From assembly GCA_036141575.1 (NCBI GenBank), contig JAYZXF010000017.1, forward strand, positions 78,077 through 142,076: a stretch of 64,000 bases of DNA, read 5' to 3'. A model generated the notes under the pieces. It saw only the letters and a program-made list of their open reading frames with translations. It did no database searches and was not told the DNA's origin. The stretch is from Pseudomonadota bacterium. GTDB taxonomy: Bacteria > Pseudomonadota > Alphaproteobacteria > UBA2136 > JAPKEQ01. Of this stretch, positions 1 to 8,769 are shown piece by piece; position 1 is the stretch's first letter; the number at the start of each line of letters is the position of its first letter. The position numbers and the translations under genes are program-made.

Positions 1-732
1 TTTATTGATCATCAATCCAGTGGTTTGCAGTCTGCTGCGTTTATTAACCATGACACAAAAAAGGTGATTATTGGTTTTGCATGCCTCAATGAGGCAAACG
101 CAACAGGCATTAAAGAAGCTTATGAAGCTGTTGGTAAAAATAGCCTCACTCAGGTAGAGATGGCGACACTTGAAGTACAGTACGCTATTGCAAACCTGAA
201 ACGTCATGCAGAAACAAAAGATTACGATATTGTGATTGCAGGGCAAAGCCTTGGCGGAAATGTGGCGAGCGGTATTGGTATGGAAGTGCTGAAACAGTTT
301 GATGGCGTTGAAATTCATAGCTATGACCCGCCAGTACTCCGTGTGAAGCCAAATTCTGCAACGCATATGGATCCATCTCTCCATAAAACATATGTGATTG
401 AAGGCAGTATTATTTCAGCAGAAGGTAGCTTTACAGACCGTGCAGGCCAGCTGCTTGGTCATGTAGATAAGGGTGCCAGTCGTGTAGGGACAGAAATTAT
501 TCTACCCGCAGCAGAATTACCAGAAGGTTCTTTAGAGTGGCGCATTGCTGAACGATTTAGAAAAGCCAACCCAATGGCGCGTTATAATGAGCATACTGCT
601 GGCTCTTTATTTGATGCTGCTTCGCGTGCCCATATTACCGGGCAAGAGCTCAAGGTCAATATCCATGAAATTGATATGGAAACAGAGCGTGATAGAGAAG
701 ACGCCATGGTAGAAATGGGTGCAAGGGGTTGA
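1..732 (+). CDS. alpha/beta-hydrolase, lipase class 3-like protein (5' partial; reading frame open to window start)
   Basis: GxSxG nucleophile elbow 'IVIAGQSLGGNVASG'. No in-frame stop before position 25. The ORF track starts at TTG 25. Confidence 0.55.
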   Translation, partial: FIDHQSSGLQSAAFINHDTKKVIIGFACLNEANATGIKEAYEAVGKNSLTQVEMATLEVQYAIANLKRHAETKDYDIVIAGQSLGGNVASGIGMEVLKQFDGVEIHSYDPPVLRVKPNSATHMDPSLHKTYVIEGSIISAEGSFTDRAGQLLGHVDKGASRVGTEIILPAAELPEGSLEWRIAERFRKANPMARYNEHTAGSLFDAASRAHITGQELKVNIHEIDMETERDREDAMVEMGARG

Positions 733-818
733 TCGTCTAAGCAATCATTCATATACCTTTTATATAACTGTATAAGACTCTCTTCGTTCCTTTCCTTATC
801 TAAGCGAGGTAACTTCCT

Positions 819-1184
819 ATGTCTGCTATTCTTGATCGTGCTGCACAGATGAATTGGAATATTCAGGATATCAATCTGGTTGGCGCGTCCTTCAACCAGA
901 TTCAGGCTTACTGGGGCCAAGATCTTCTGGCTCATGAACACACTTTTCCTGAGCGCCCGTTCGGCTGGAACGTGCATCTGCTCAAGTATGTTTTCACGCA
1001 CAGCAACTACCACAATGCCGTGAATGCGTTGCGCTACATGGTACGCTGCGGCTTGGTTGTTGATTGCGGGAACGGCCAAATCCGCTCTGCATCTGGCAGT
1101 GCTACGCGGGATTTTCTGAACACGATGGTTGGCGCGCCGCCACCGCTTCAAGGCTCAGGCGTTCAGCCAGCACAAATGCACTAA
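819..1184 (+). CDS. hypothetical protein
   Basis: 121-aa ORF. GC is slightly above the window average. A hairpin follows at 1195-1217. Confidence 0.4.
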   Translation: MSAILDRAAQMNWNIQDINLVGASFNQIQAYWGQDLLAHEHTFPERPFGWNVHLLKYVFTHSNYHNAVNALRYMVRCGLVVDCGNGQIRSASGSATRDFLNTMVGAPPPLQGSGVQPAQMH

Positions 1185-1194
1185 CGATGCAAAA

Positions 1195-1217
1195 AGGCTC
1201 CCCCAAATGGGGAGCCT
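1195..1217. terminator. stem-loop 'aggctcccc-aaat-ggggagcct'. The T-run is on the minus-sense side, so it probably terminates the 1233-1667(-) gene.
   Basis: Perfect 9-bp stem between convergent genes. Confidence 0.5.
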
Positions 1218-1232
1218 TCTGCATGTGATCGA

Positions 1233-1667
1233 TTATCCTTCTGTTTTGTGCATCTTTTGAGTGATGCTATCTTTCAGAAGTTTGTAAATTTCAGCAACCA
1301 TGCGAATGCTGATCTTTTGGTCATCAGAGCGATTGTCATTATCGCTGATGATATCTGCGCTATTTTGCCAGTGCATATGGGTTTTGCTGGTTTCATGGAG
1401 CATGCTGGCCACATCTGCGCGTTTGATTTCAAAAATAGGCGCAACGTCCAGCGGATCGCCACCTGAGAGCAAGTAAACCTCAAGGGTTTGTCTGAGTGTC
1501 AGCATGGCAGCCGCAGCGTTGGCTTGATTGCTTTCATTGCCATATTTATGGCGCCAAAGCACACGCATCAGGTCTGTTGCGCGGCGCCTTTCAATATGCA
1601 TATGCAGAGAGTTGAGCATAATTGTGGGTTGAGTCATTGGAAAGTCCGTACAATGAGGAAACGTCAA
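1233..1667 (-). CDS. hypothetical protein (start may be the internal Met 'MTQPTIML' near 1637)
   Basis: 144-aa ORF at the 3' end of the minus-strand cluster. Confidence 0.45.
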   Translation of the reverse strand: MTFPHCTDFPMTQPTIMLNSLHMHIERRRATDLMRVLWRHKYGNESNQANAAAAMLTLRQTLEVYLLSGGDPLDVAPIFEIKRADVASMLHETSKTHMHWQNSADIISDNDNRSDDQKISIRMVAEIYKLLKDSITQKMHKTEG

Positions 1668-1774
1668 AAGAGATGTGGTGTGGGCTGAATGTAACGGCCT
1701 TTGGCTCTTGCAGCAACTTCTTTTCCTGAAAACAAAATCACCCCACGTAAAACGCAGGGTGAAAAATCGATTTT

Positions 1775-2488
1775 TTAAGGGTAGATCTGATCTCTGAAAT
1801 ATTCACGAACAATCGAGACAATTTCAGCTTTCAGGTTCCAGTAGGACTTAACCTGCGGATTGCTTTCTGCCTCTGCATGTGCACGGCAATTGCGAACCAG
1901 ATCCAGCAAGTTTGTCAGCAGTTCATTCGGCGTATCGCCAGGAACATTCATCATGTTCACCAGCTTTTCAGCGCTTCCTGCGGTGGAGATAAAGCTCTCT
2001 AGCCGTGAGCGAGCCTTCTTGAGGCTCCAAATACTGCCATCAATGTCCAGTTCAGGGTTATGACCATCCTCAAAGTGTCTGAGGAAGGTGGTCATGTATT
2101 GATCCTGCATCTGGGTGCTTTCAGGCTCTTTATCGGCATTCTCATCAAAGATGGTAATGGTAAAGCCAAGCACCATACCCAGATCCACAAGGTCTTGGAT
2201 AATGGTATTGCACACCTTCAGGTTTTGCGTATCGCCCATATAGGCAAGTGCCATTTGCTTTTCCAGCATCAGGCTGAGAGAACCATACAGAAAATTCACA
2301 GCATCAGGGTCACCAGCAAACGGGTTGGTTTCGCCTTTTTCATGGCTTGCGACCAGTGTGTCCAGCGCCTTTCTTGCAGATTGGCGTTTCAAGGACGCGG
2401 TACCCATTTGATCGTGGTAGAACTCTATGGCAGCATCGCCAAGGCGTTCAAAAACCAAGTTTGTCAGTTCAAAGAGGTTTTGAGACAT
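1775..2488 (-). CDS. hypothetical protein
   Basis: 237-aa ORF with no recognisable motif. Lies on the same strand as the RuBisCO-like cluster. Confidence 0.5.
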   Translation of the reverse strand: MSQNLFELTNLVFERLGDAAIEFYHDQMGTASLKRQSARKALDTLVASHEKGETNPFAGDPDAVNFLYGSLSLMLEKQMALAYMGDTQNLKVCNTIIQDLVDLGMVLGFTITIFDENADKEPESTQMQDQYMTTFLRHFEDGHNPELDIDGSIWSLKKARSRLESFISTAGSAEKLVNMMNVPGDTPNELLTNLLDLVRNCRAHAEAESNPQVKSYWNLKAEIVSIVREYFRDQIYP

Positions 2489-2499
2489 CTGAAAACCTT

Positions 2500-2889
2500 T
2501 CAGGAAGGATCAAAGATAGAGGAAAGGCGGCATGATTCATCATAGTAATCACACAGCTTTTTAAAGAAGCTTAGCAGCTTGTTATAGAGAGACTCGCCAC
2601 AGGTTCCCGGAGGGGGGAGCACTTTGAGTGTTTCACCAATCACTTGGACCATAAGCCCGATGCGTTCAATGTTGGTTCGGAACTCATCGTCTTTTTCAAA
2701 CATATGCTCAAACGCAGGATGTTTGGCTTTCAGTGCAAGCGCTTTATCCATTTTTACAATGGCCAAGTCCAGTTTCAAGCTCGCAACGCTAAAATCCTCA
2801 GCTTTGATGAGGGTGAGTGACTCTCCCCAGAGTTCAATAGACTCTGCAGCAATAGCCATAATGTCAGTGGTTGACATGGTGGGCCTCAT
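2500..2889 (-). CDS. hypothetical protein
   Basis: 129-aa ORF. Only an 11-nt gap to the 1775-2488 gene, suggesting co-transcription. Confidence 0.5.
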   Translation of the reverse strand: MRPTMSTTDIMAIAAESIELWGESLTLIKAEDFSVASLKLDLAIVKMDKALALKAKHPAFEHMFEKDDEFRTNIERIGLMVQVIGETLKVLPPPGTCGESLYNKLLSFFKKLCDYYDESCRLSSIFDPS

Positions 2890-2999
2890 AAGTTGGAGAA
2901 AAAGAAAAACAGATATTGAATAAAGCCACCCTACGAGTGGAAAATGTATACGTCAAATGAAAAGCAGCCCTTGAAAAAGGGCTGCTTCGAAAAATCGAT

Positions 3000-3422
3000 T
3001 TATTTGCCTCCAGGGTTCAGCAGACCAGTCAGAAAGTTTTCAAAAATTTTCTGTTGTTGGGCCACATAGGCCTGAGCCAGCATGCCGGCCATCACAGACA
3101 TGTTCTTCAGCTGCTGCAGTTGTGCAGAACCGAGGCCATTGGCTTTGACGGTTTTTTCGAAGTCTTCAGCGAACTCGTTCACAGCGGCTTTGGCTTCTTC
3201 AAACATTTCCAGTGGCGAACGCGGACCTTGCGCCAGAGCTTTCATCAGCTCAAGGAAGTCAACATCGTCACGCTTCAGATACTCTTCCAGCAGAGCAATC
3301 AGCTCTTCTGAGGTGGTATTGGCGGCTTCAAATTCGCCTTCGCTACCATGTTCCGTCATGCGGCGGGTTGTCTCTTGAATAGCTTCCAAAAGCTCTTCAT
3401 TTGTGCGGGTATCAGTCATCAA
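3000..3422 (-). CDS. hypothetical acidic helical protein
   Basis: 140-aa ORF, Glu/Ala-rich. Similar in size and composition to the neighbouring 3482-3895 ORF. Confidence 0.5.
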   Translation of the reverse strand: MMTDTRTNEELLEAIQETTRRMTEHGSEGEFEAANTTSEELIALLEEYLKRDDVDFLELMKALAQGPRSPLEMFEEAKAAVNEFAEDFEKTVKANGLGSAQLQQLKNMSVMAGMLAQAYVAQQQKIFENFLTGLLNPGGK

Positions 3423-3481
3423 ACTCTCCAGTCAATGGGGTGAGGGAAACAGGCTCTTACTTGTTAAGAGCCTGAACAGAT

Positions 3482-3895
3482 TTAGCCAATGCCGTTGGCT
3501 TCCAGGAAGGCGTCGTAGTATTTGGCGCGCTCTTCAAACAGGGCTTTGGTCAAAATCACAAGCAGCTGCATGGTGCTATTAACCACCTGCAGTTCAGCTT
3601 CGCCAGCTTCGCCTCTGGCCTGCAGTTTTGCTTTTTCTTCTGCATATTCTGGCAGGAGGTATTCCAGCTGTTGCAGAACCTCAAAAGCTTCACCACTGAA
3701 AACGGTTTGTGCAAGGTTCGAGACGGTGGTATTGGGCAGAGCTACATACTCCTGACAAAGTGCAACCAAATTGGCCAGAGGCTCAATTGCGCCAGCATCA
3801 TCGTCGCGTTCTGCAGCAGCCATCATATTGGAGGCTTCCACTTGAATTTTTGCCATCAGCAGTTCAGGGGATTGTTCAGACATAAGAATCTCCAT
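3482..3895 (-). CDS. hypothetical acidic helical protein
   Basis: 137-aa ORF. Probable paralog or partner of 3000-3422. Confidence 0.5.
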   Translation of the reverse strand: MEILMSEQSPELLMAKIQVEASNMMAAAERDDDAGAIEPLANLVALCQEYVALPNTTVSNLAQTVFSGEAFEVLQQLEYLLPEYAEEKAKLQARGEAGEAELQVVNSTMQLLVILTKALFEERAKYYDAFLEANGIG

Positions 3896-4029
3896 TGTCT
3901 AAAAAAAGGGAAGGGTGATAGATCAAAATCACCCCTGTTGTATACGCCAAGGTGTTGCATTGTCAAACTTAAATGGGAAATGAAAAACAAAAAAGCTCCC
4001 CAAATTGGGAAGCTTTGCTTTCGAGTGAT

Positions 4030-4263
4030 TTAGAAGGACTGGCCAATGGCTTTGGAAAGCGTGATGGTGTTTTCAGTCTGCTGCTGGATGAGTGCTGCAG
4101 CCAGCTTGGCTGGTGGCGTTGGTGCAAAGTTCACCATCAGGGCACTGCATTGACGCATAGGCGTAAAAACAAGTTGTTCTTGCGCTTGCCGTGTTACGTT
4201 GGCGTAAGCCTGCGTGTAAGTATGCATGGCTTGAAGAGTACCCAAAGGCGTAAATAGAGTCAT
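4030..4263 (-). CDS. small hypothetical protein
   Basis: 77-aa ORF inside the cluster. Weakly supported. Confidence 0.3.
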   Translation of the reverse strand: MTLFTPLGTLQAMHTYTQAYANVTRQAQEQLVFTPMRQCSALMVNFAPTPPAKLAAALIQQQTENTITLSKAIGQSF

Positions 4264-4380
4264 AGAACCTCTCTGTAAAACGGTATGGTGGGTTGTTAGG
4301 AGCGCAGAAAGTAGGGGAAAGCAGGAGATCTGTCAATATATAAAAACAGCCCCCTTGCGAGAGCTGTCTTTGATTTCGAT

Positions 4381-4959
4381 TTAACCGAGGCCTTGGCCTT
4401 CTTCTGGCCAGAGGCGTGCACTGGCGCGGTCGCAGTTGCCAACATGGGCTGCAAGCGGGCAAGAGACACGGTGGGTGTTGGTGTAATCATCACCTTCACC
4501 ATGGGTATATTTCAACGCGTTCCACTCATTATCAGTCAGTTCAAAATCATAAGTTTTCATGAGCTCAAGAATGATACGCTTCTTAATGAATTCCCAATAT
4601 TTTGGAACAACATGTTGAAGCTCTGTATGCCAGTGTGCCACGCGCGGATCAGTAGGGTCTGCAAATTTGAAGATCTTCTCAATGTCATGGAAGAAAAACG
4701 TAACCGCAGCACTGCCTTTGGTAAAAGGCAGTGGACGAATCTGTTCCATGCCGTCATAGGTCACATCGTTAATGCGAAGGCCTTCTGCAATATGGTCTGC
4801 ATAGCCGCCAGGCCAAGCTTGGTGGTTATGGGTAGAGCCTGGAGCAGTATGGAAGAGGTCGTGGAAATCACGGTAAATTTGCAAGAGGACATTCTGGCGC
4901 GGATCATTGATCTGCTGAATGAGCCCTTTAAGCTTTGTGTCTAACAGAGACATAAGCAT
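4381..4959 (-). CDS. hypothetical protein with a His-rich motif, possibly an HD-type phosphohydrolase
   Basis: Motifs 'STHNHQAWPGGYADH' and 'FFFHDIEK' (H...HD pattern). The call is tentative. Confidence 0.45.
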   Translation of the reverse strand: MLMSLLDTKLKGLIQQINDPRQNVLLQIYRDFHDLFHTAPGSTHNHQAWPGGYADHIAEGLRINDVTYDGMEQIRPLPFTKGSAAVTFFFHDIEKIFKFADPTDPRVAHWHTELQHVVPKYWEFIKKRIILELMKTYDFELTDNEWNALKYTHGEGDDYTNTHRVSCPLAAHVGNCDRASARLWPEEGQGLG

Positions 4960-5107
4960 CTCCTTGTATAAAACGTGTTCAAAGATTGAAGAGTTCTTTT
5001 TTTATATCGTGGCTTTAAACATGTGGCAATGAAAAAGCCCCTTTATAGGAAGGGGCTTTATCTCGATTTAGCAGTACTGCGTATGGTCTCCTAAGGTAAG
5101 GGTGGGG

Positions 5108-5461
5108 TTAGCCGCGGGCCAGCTCAAGGAACGTGCGCATGGCTTCTGCCAGCGGGTTCAAACCAATCAGAGCACCAGGGTTCTCAGTTTTGGTTCTTTC
5201 AATCAGATCCTCAAGGCCTTTCAGGCCTTTTTCGCCGGTTGCCAAGGCATGTGCTGGCATACCAATCATAGTGGCAATCTCTTCAGCGCTCACTTCACCG
5301 CGGACAATCATGTTTTTCACTTCGGAAAACAGGCCAAGGGCGGCTTCTGCAGTTGCAGTGAGCATAGCAAGATTATCGGCTTTGAGTGCTTTACTGGCTT
5401 CACGTACAGCCATTTGGGCTGCACCAAGAAAGTTTTCAGCTTTAGCAAGATTCATATTCAT
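5108..5461 (-). CDS. hypothetical helical protein
   Basis: 117-aa ORF. A terminator-like hairpin lies downstream at about 5037-5060. Confidence 0.45.
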   Translation of the reverse strand: MNMNLAKAENFLGAAQMAVREASKALKADNLAMLTATAEAALGLFSEVKNMIVRGEVSAEEIATMIGMPAHALATGEKGLKGLEDLIERTKTENPGALIGLNPLAEAMRTFLELARG

Positions 5462-5636
5462 AGGAATATCTCCTGAGAAAAAAGGAAAAAGAAACAGATT
5501 TATAAAACAGAGCTGACCCTACGGGGCAGAGTCGTATACGTCAAGCGTAATGCTGAAACTTGAAGATGATCAAAATAATACCCAGCCATATAGGCTGGGT
5601 ATTTCAAGCTTAAGCTTTATTCCAAGAGATATGAAG

Positions 5637-5951
5637 TTAGTTCATTTCCAGTGGAATTTTCACAAGGAAGCTCTGACCGTATGTTTTCTTCTTCGGATCA
5701 AATCCGCTGAGTTTAACGTACGAGTACGGGAAGCGACGGCTGCAAGCATCAACCTGCGTCATCACCCAGCTCGCGCTGACTTCTTTGTGCTCTGGAATTG
5801 GCCAGATTTTCCAGTACACCTCTTCAGGTGTTGGTGCATCTGAGAACTCAATCATTGGCACTTGGCCTTCTGCAAGCATGTTTTGTGCTTGCATGTGCAC
5901 TTGGTTACTCGTCAGAGGCGGTAGGAATGAAAATGTTTCAAAACGTCTCAT
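5637..5951 (-). CDS. RuBisCO small-subunit-like protein (divergent RbcS/CbbS homolog)
   Basis: 'ETFSFLPPLTSNQV...IEF...YWKIWPIP...VKLSGFD' aligns with RbcS 'ETLSYLPPLTTDQ...LEF...YWTMWKLP...IRIIGFD'. Located 15 nt downstream of the large-subunit-like gene. Confidence 0.8.
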   Translation of the reverse strand: MRRFETFSFLPPLTSNQVHMQAQNMLAEGQVPMIEFSDAPTPEEVYWKIWPIPEHKEVSASWVMTQVDACSRRFPYSYVKLSGFDPKKKTYGQSFLVKIPLEMN

Positions 5952-5966
5952 TGTTTTTATCCTTTC

Positions 5967-7670
5967 TTAGTCATCCAAACCTGGACGAGTGTCATCAGTT
6001 ACGGGTTTCAGTGGGGTTACAACTTTTGGCGCTGTTGTTGTTTCTTCAATCTTAGCACCTGTTGCTGCGTCACCTTTCACAACACCAAACAGGAAGGCTC
6101 CTTCGTTCCAGAATTCTAGAGCGGCTTTCAGTTCGCTGTTGTAGCGGGCTGCACGTTGTAGAATTGTACGACCGTCAACACTTAGGTTATGACCTTCACC
6201 ACGGGCTTGTGCAATGGCTTCAATCGCCGTACGGCAAGCTGTTGCACCGCTGCCTAGGCCCCAAGGGTGACCCATTACTGATCCACCACACTGGATGATC
6301 ATGTCATCGCCCATTGCGTCCATCAGGCGAGGGAAGTGCCATGGGTTGTGTCCACCACCCACAGCAGGCCATACAGTGGCACCACCTACAGAGGGTTGGT
6401 CAAACATGATACCTGTTTCAACAGATGTTTTTGGTGCATCTTCAACAAGCATATCAACAATACCTTTCACGTGACGGCGGTTACCCGTATCACCACGCAG
6501 TGGACTACCGATACTTACCATGTCACAACCTGTGAAGCGAAGAAGCTTCGCAATCAGGCCTTCTGTCATTGTTGCGCTCATGAGGCTACGTCCGCCCATG
6601 GCACCAATAATCACATCGTTGTTCTGACACCAGTTCACCATGCTTGCAAGAGCACTCCAGCCGACAGCAGAGCTATCAACAATCATCATGTTGATGCCAA
6701 GCTCTTTTGCATATTCTGCACGAGCTGTCATATCTTCAACTGTTGGGGCACTAATGTTCACAGCGTGGTATTTCACTTCGCCCGTTTCTTGCTGTGCAGC
6801 AAAGGCAGCTTCAGCCACAAAACGGAAGCGACGGCGCCAGCTATTGTCTGGCAGGCTGTGCATCATGGTTGGGTCGGCAGTCATATCTACACCGCCTTTA
6901 AGTGTTTCGTACACCGCACGGCCGTACATCTTAGGTGATAGGCCGTTCATTGGGCGCATTGTGCTACTTAGCAGTGGGCGACCGTACTTGCTGGCAAGGT
7001 CACGCATACCAATCACACCGTATGAAGGTGTTTTAAATGTACGTGCAAGCCCAACAGGAATGCGGGCATCAACAATACGTGCACCTGTAGATGTAATAGG
7101 GGCACTGATCACGCTAATAAGGCTGACCATAGAGCCTGCTTCTACCATTTCTTGTGGGATGATCAGGCTTACGTTAACTGTAGAGCTATCTACGCGCTTT
7201 GTTTCAAGCAGTTTTACTTGTGGCACTGTCTCGTGGTCTACAAGAGAACCTGTCCAGCTTTCCACCCAGTCACCGTTTGCTGCGCTTACAAGAAGGTTAC
7301 CGCATTCGTTTTGGCTGAATGTTGTGTTCTCGTACTGGTAGCTAACAAGGATGTCTTGTTCTGGGTTAAAGCCTTGGTCTTCCTTACGGCGACCACGTGA
7401 GTCTGGCTTTTCATCAGTCGTTGGGGCTGCTACGGCTGCAAATGATGTCGTGCCGCCTGTTAGGCTGTCTAGCGATACACCAAGAACCGTGGCGATTTTA
7501 ACCACGTTATCTAGAGAAGGGCTTACTTGTCCGCCAAGGATGCGTGAGAGCGTTGCCATCGACACACCAGACTGGCGAGACAGGTCAGATGCAGACATGC
7601 CGTTCTTTTCCAAAATCTTTTTTAGAGCCTCAGGTAGGTTGTAAGGGCTCTCTGTTGTTTTCTTTGTCAT
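5967..7670 (-). CDS. fusion protein: N-terminal XRE-family HTH domain plus RuBisCO large-subunit-like domain, with carboxylase active-site residues substituted (the ORF could alternatively start at 7715)
   Basis: HTH_3-like segment 'SASDLSRQSGVSMATLSRILGGQVSPSLDNVVKIATVLGVSLDSL'. RbcL-like blocks 'DILVSYQ', 'KYGRPLLSSTMRPMNG', 'YGRAVYETLKGGVDMTADP', 'GGGHNPWHFP', 'QCGGSVMGHPWG'. SD 'AAGGA' lies 7 nt before the ATG at 7668-7670. Confidence 0.85.
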   Translation of the reverse strand: MTKKTTESPYNLPEALKKILEKNGMSASDLSRQSGVSMATLSRILGGQVSPSLDNVVKIATVLGVSLDSLTGGTTSFAAVAAPTTDEKPDSRGRRKEDQGFNPEQDILVSYQYENTTFSQNECGNLLVSAANGDWVESWTGSLVDHETVPQVKLLETKRVDSSTVNVSLIIPQEMVEAGSMVSLISVISAPITSTGARIVDARIPVGLARTFKTPSYGVIGMRDLASKYGRPLLSSTMRPMNGLSPKMYGRAVYETLKGGVDMTADPTMMHSLPDNSWRRRFRFVAEAAFAAQQETGEVKYHAVNISAPTVEDMTARAEYAKELGINMMIVDSSAVGWSALASMVNWCQNNDVIIGAMGGRSLMSATMTEGLIAKLLRFTGCDMVSIGSPLRGDTGNRRHVKGIVDMLVEDAPKTSVETGIMFDQPSVGGATVWPAVGGGHNPWHFPRLMDAMGDDMIIQCGGSVMGHPWGLGSGATACRTAIEAIAQARGEGHNLSVDGRTILQRAARYNSELKAALEFWNEGAFLFGVVKGDAATGAKIEETTTAPKVVTPLKPVTDDTRPGLDD

Positions 7671-7684
7671 TAAATTTTCCTTAT

Positions 7685-7702
7685 ATGGTAGCGAGCTACC
7701 AT
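7685..7702. promoter_or_regulatory. perfect 18-bp palindrome ATGGTAGCGAGCTACCAT immediately upstream of the RBS of the HTH-RuBisCO-like gene; candidate operator
   Basis: Read directly: the halves atggtagcg and cgctaccat are exact reverse complements. Confidence 0.5.
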
Positions 7703-7916
7703 TACGGTTATTCATTTACCTATTAAATGTAGTATCGCACAGGCTGTGCTTTTGCACAAATGGAAATATTGCAGATGTGGAAGAATTTCAAGGGCTGAAA
7801 TCAAAAAAATATCAAAAAAATAAAGGTGACTTTGTTTTTGTTGACAAATTAAAGGTGGATTGTATGCTGCCCTGCAACATTTATCTTCTCTTTCTTTTTC
7901 TAGGAGTACTTAATCA

Positions 7917-8381
7917 ATGGTATTCAGCTTTCTTGAGCCGTTGCTGCCTTATGTTGGTTTGGGGTTTCAAATCTTTGGAATGTGGATTGCTGCCTCGTGG
8001 CTTATGGAGCAGGCCTTCCTTAAAGTAAACGCTTTTTATGAGGCCCGGCAGCCTGAAAGGGACAAAGAGCGCTACCGGAAAAGCTTAGACCATTTTGCCT
8101 GCTATGATGAAGACATTGTTTCTGGAAATGGTGAACACTACAACCGGTTAACCATTGTGGAGCAGATTACAAAAACGCCTCGTAAGCAGAATTCGCGTTT
8201 TAAGCCTGTTGTAACAGAGGTGCGCTATACGTTTCTGACCCTGGATGAATCCGAATGGTTTTGGGAGGAGACGATGGAAAAAATGACGGCAGAGTCAAAA
8301 CCATACTCTAAAGAGCGTGTTGAACGCATGCTCGCGCGTTATAAAGCTGGCAAAATTAGACATGTTGATGCTGCAAAATAA
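7917..8381 (+). CDS. hypothetical protein, divergent from the RuBisCO-like gene
   Basis: 154-aa ORF. Confidence 0.4.
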   Translation: MVFSFLEPLLPYVGLGFQIFGMWIAASWLMEQAFLKVNAFYEARQPERDKERYRKSLDHFACYDEDIVSGNGEHYNRLTIVEQITKTPRKQNSRFKPVVTEVRYTFLTLDESEWFWEETMEKMTAESKPYSKERVERMLARYKAGKIRHVDAAK

Positions 8382-8420
8382 ACAGTATATGGCCCCCCTT
8401 TACAGGGCGGTCTTTTTCTT

Positions 8421-8657
8421 TTGTGGTTGACAGGTCTGGGAAATCCAGTATATTCGCCCATTCTGAAATACTTATTGAGTACCTGTTTACCTTTTTATTT
8501 GTCACCTGCTATGGAGGATAACTTGCTAACACCTGTTGCATTTTGCGTTGGACTGGCTTTTGGATATTTCGTGCTTCCGCTTTTGCTTGCCGCTCGGGCT
8601 TTGCCTGACTCAAGCCTAAGCCTGATGCCCGAAAAGGACGAAGAAGGCACGCCTTGA
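8421..8657 (+). CDS. small hypothetical membrane protein (start uncertain)
   Basis: Hydrophobic segment 'VAFCVGLAFGYFVLPLLLAA'. A terminator hairpin lies at about 8686-8710. Confidence 0.3.
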   Translation: MWLTGLGNPVYSPILKYLLSTCLPFYLSPAMEDNLLTPVAFCVGLAFGYFVLPLLLAARALPDSSLSLMPEKDEEGTP

Positions 8658-8769
8658 TGCCTGTATGTGATTGAATCGAAATGGAAGTCGCCCTGTTGGG
8701 CGGCTTTTTTATTTGTGTTACGCTCTATAAGAAATCAGGTTGGTTATAAATGACTAAGGGAATATCTTA

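Noticed and set aside
6062-7644. Multiple long plus-strand ORFs (for example 6336-6938 at 200 aa, 6640-7341 at 233 aa, 7351-7644) opposite the RuBisCO-like gene
   Set aside because: They lie entirely antisense to a gene with strong RuBisCO homology. They have no motifs and show a Cys/His/Thr-rich composition typical of shadow frames.
5637-7670. Possibility that this is a functional CO2-fixing cbbL-cbbS (Calvin cycle or carboxysome) operon
   Set aside because: All key catalytic residues (K175, K177, K201, D203, E204, H294, H327, K334 equivalents) are substituted. The gene carries an HTH domain, and no cbbX, prk or carboxysome shell genes are adjacent. A functional form I enzyme is therefore very unlikely.
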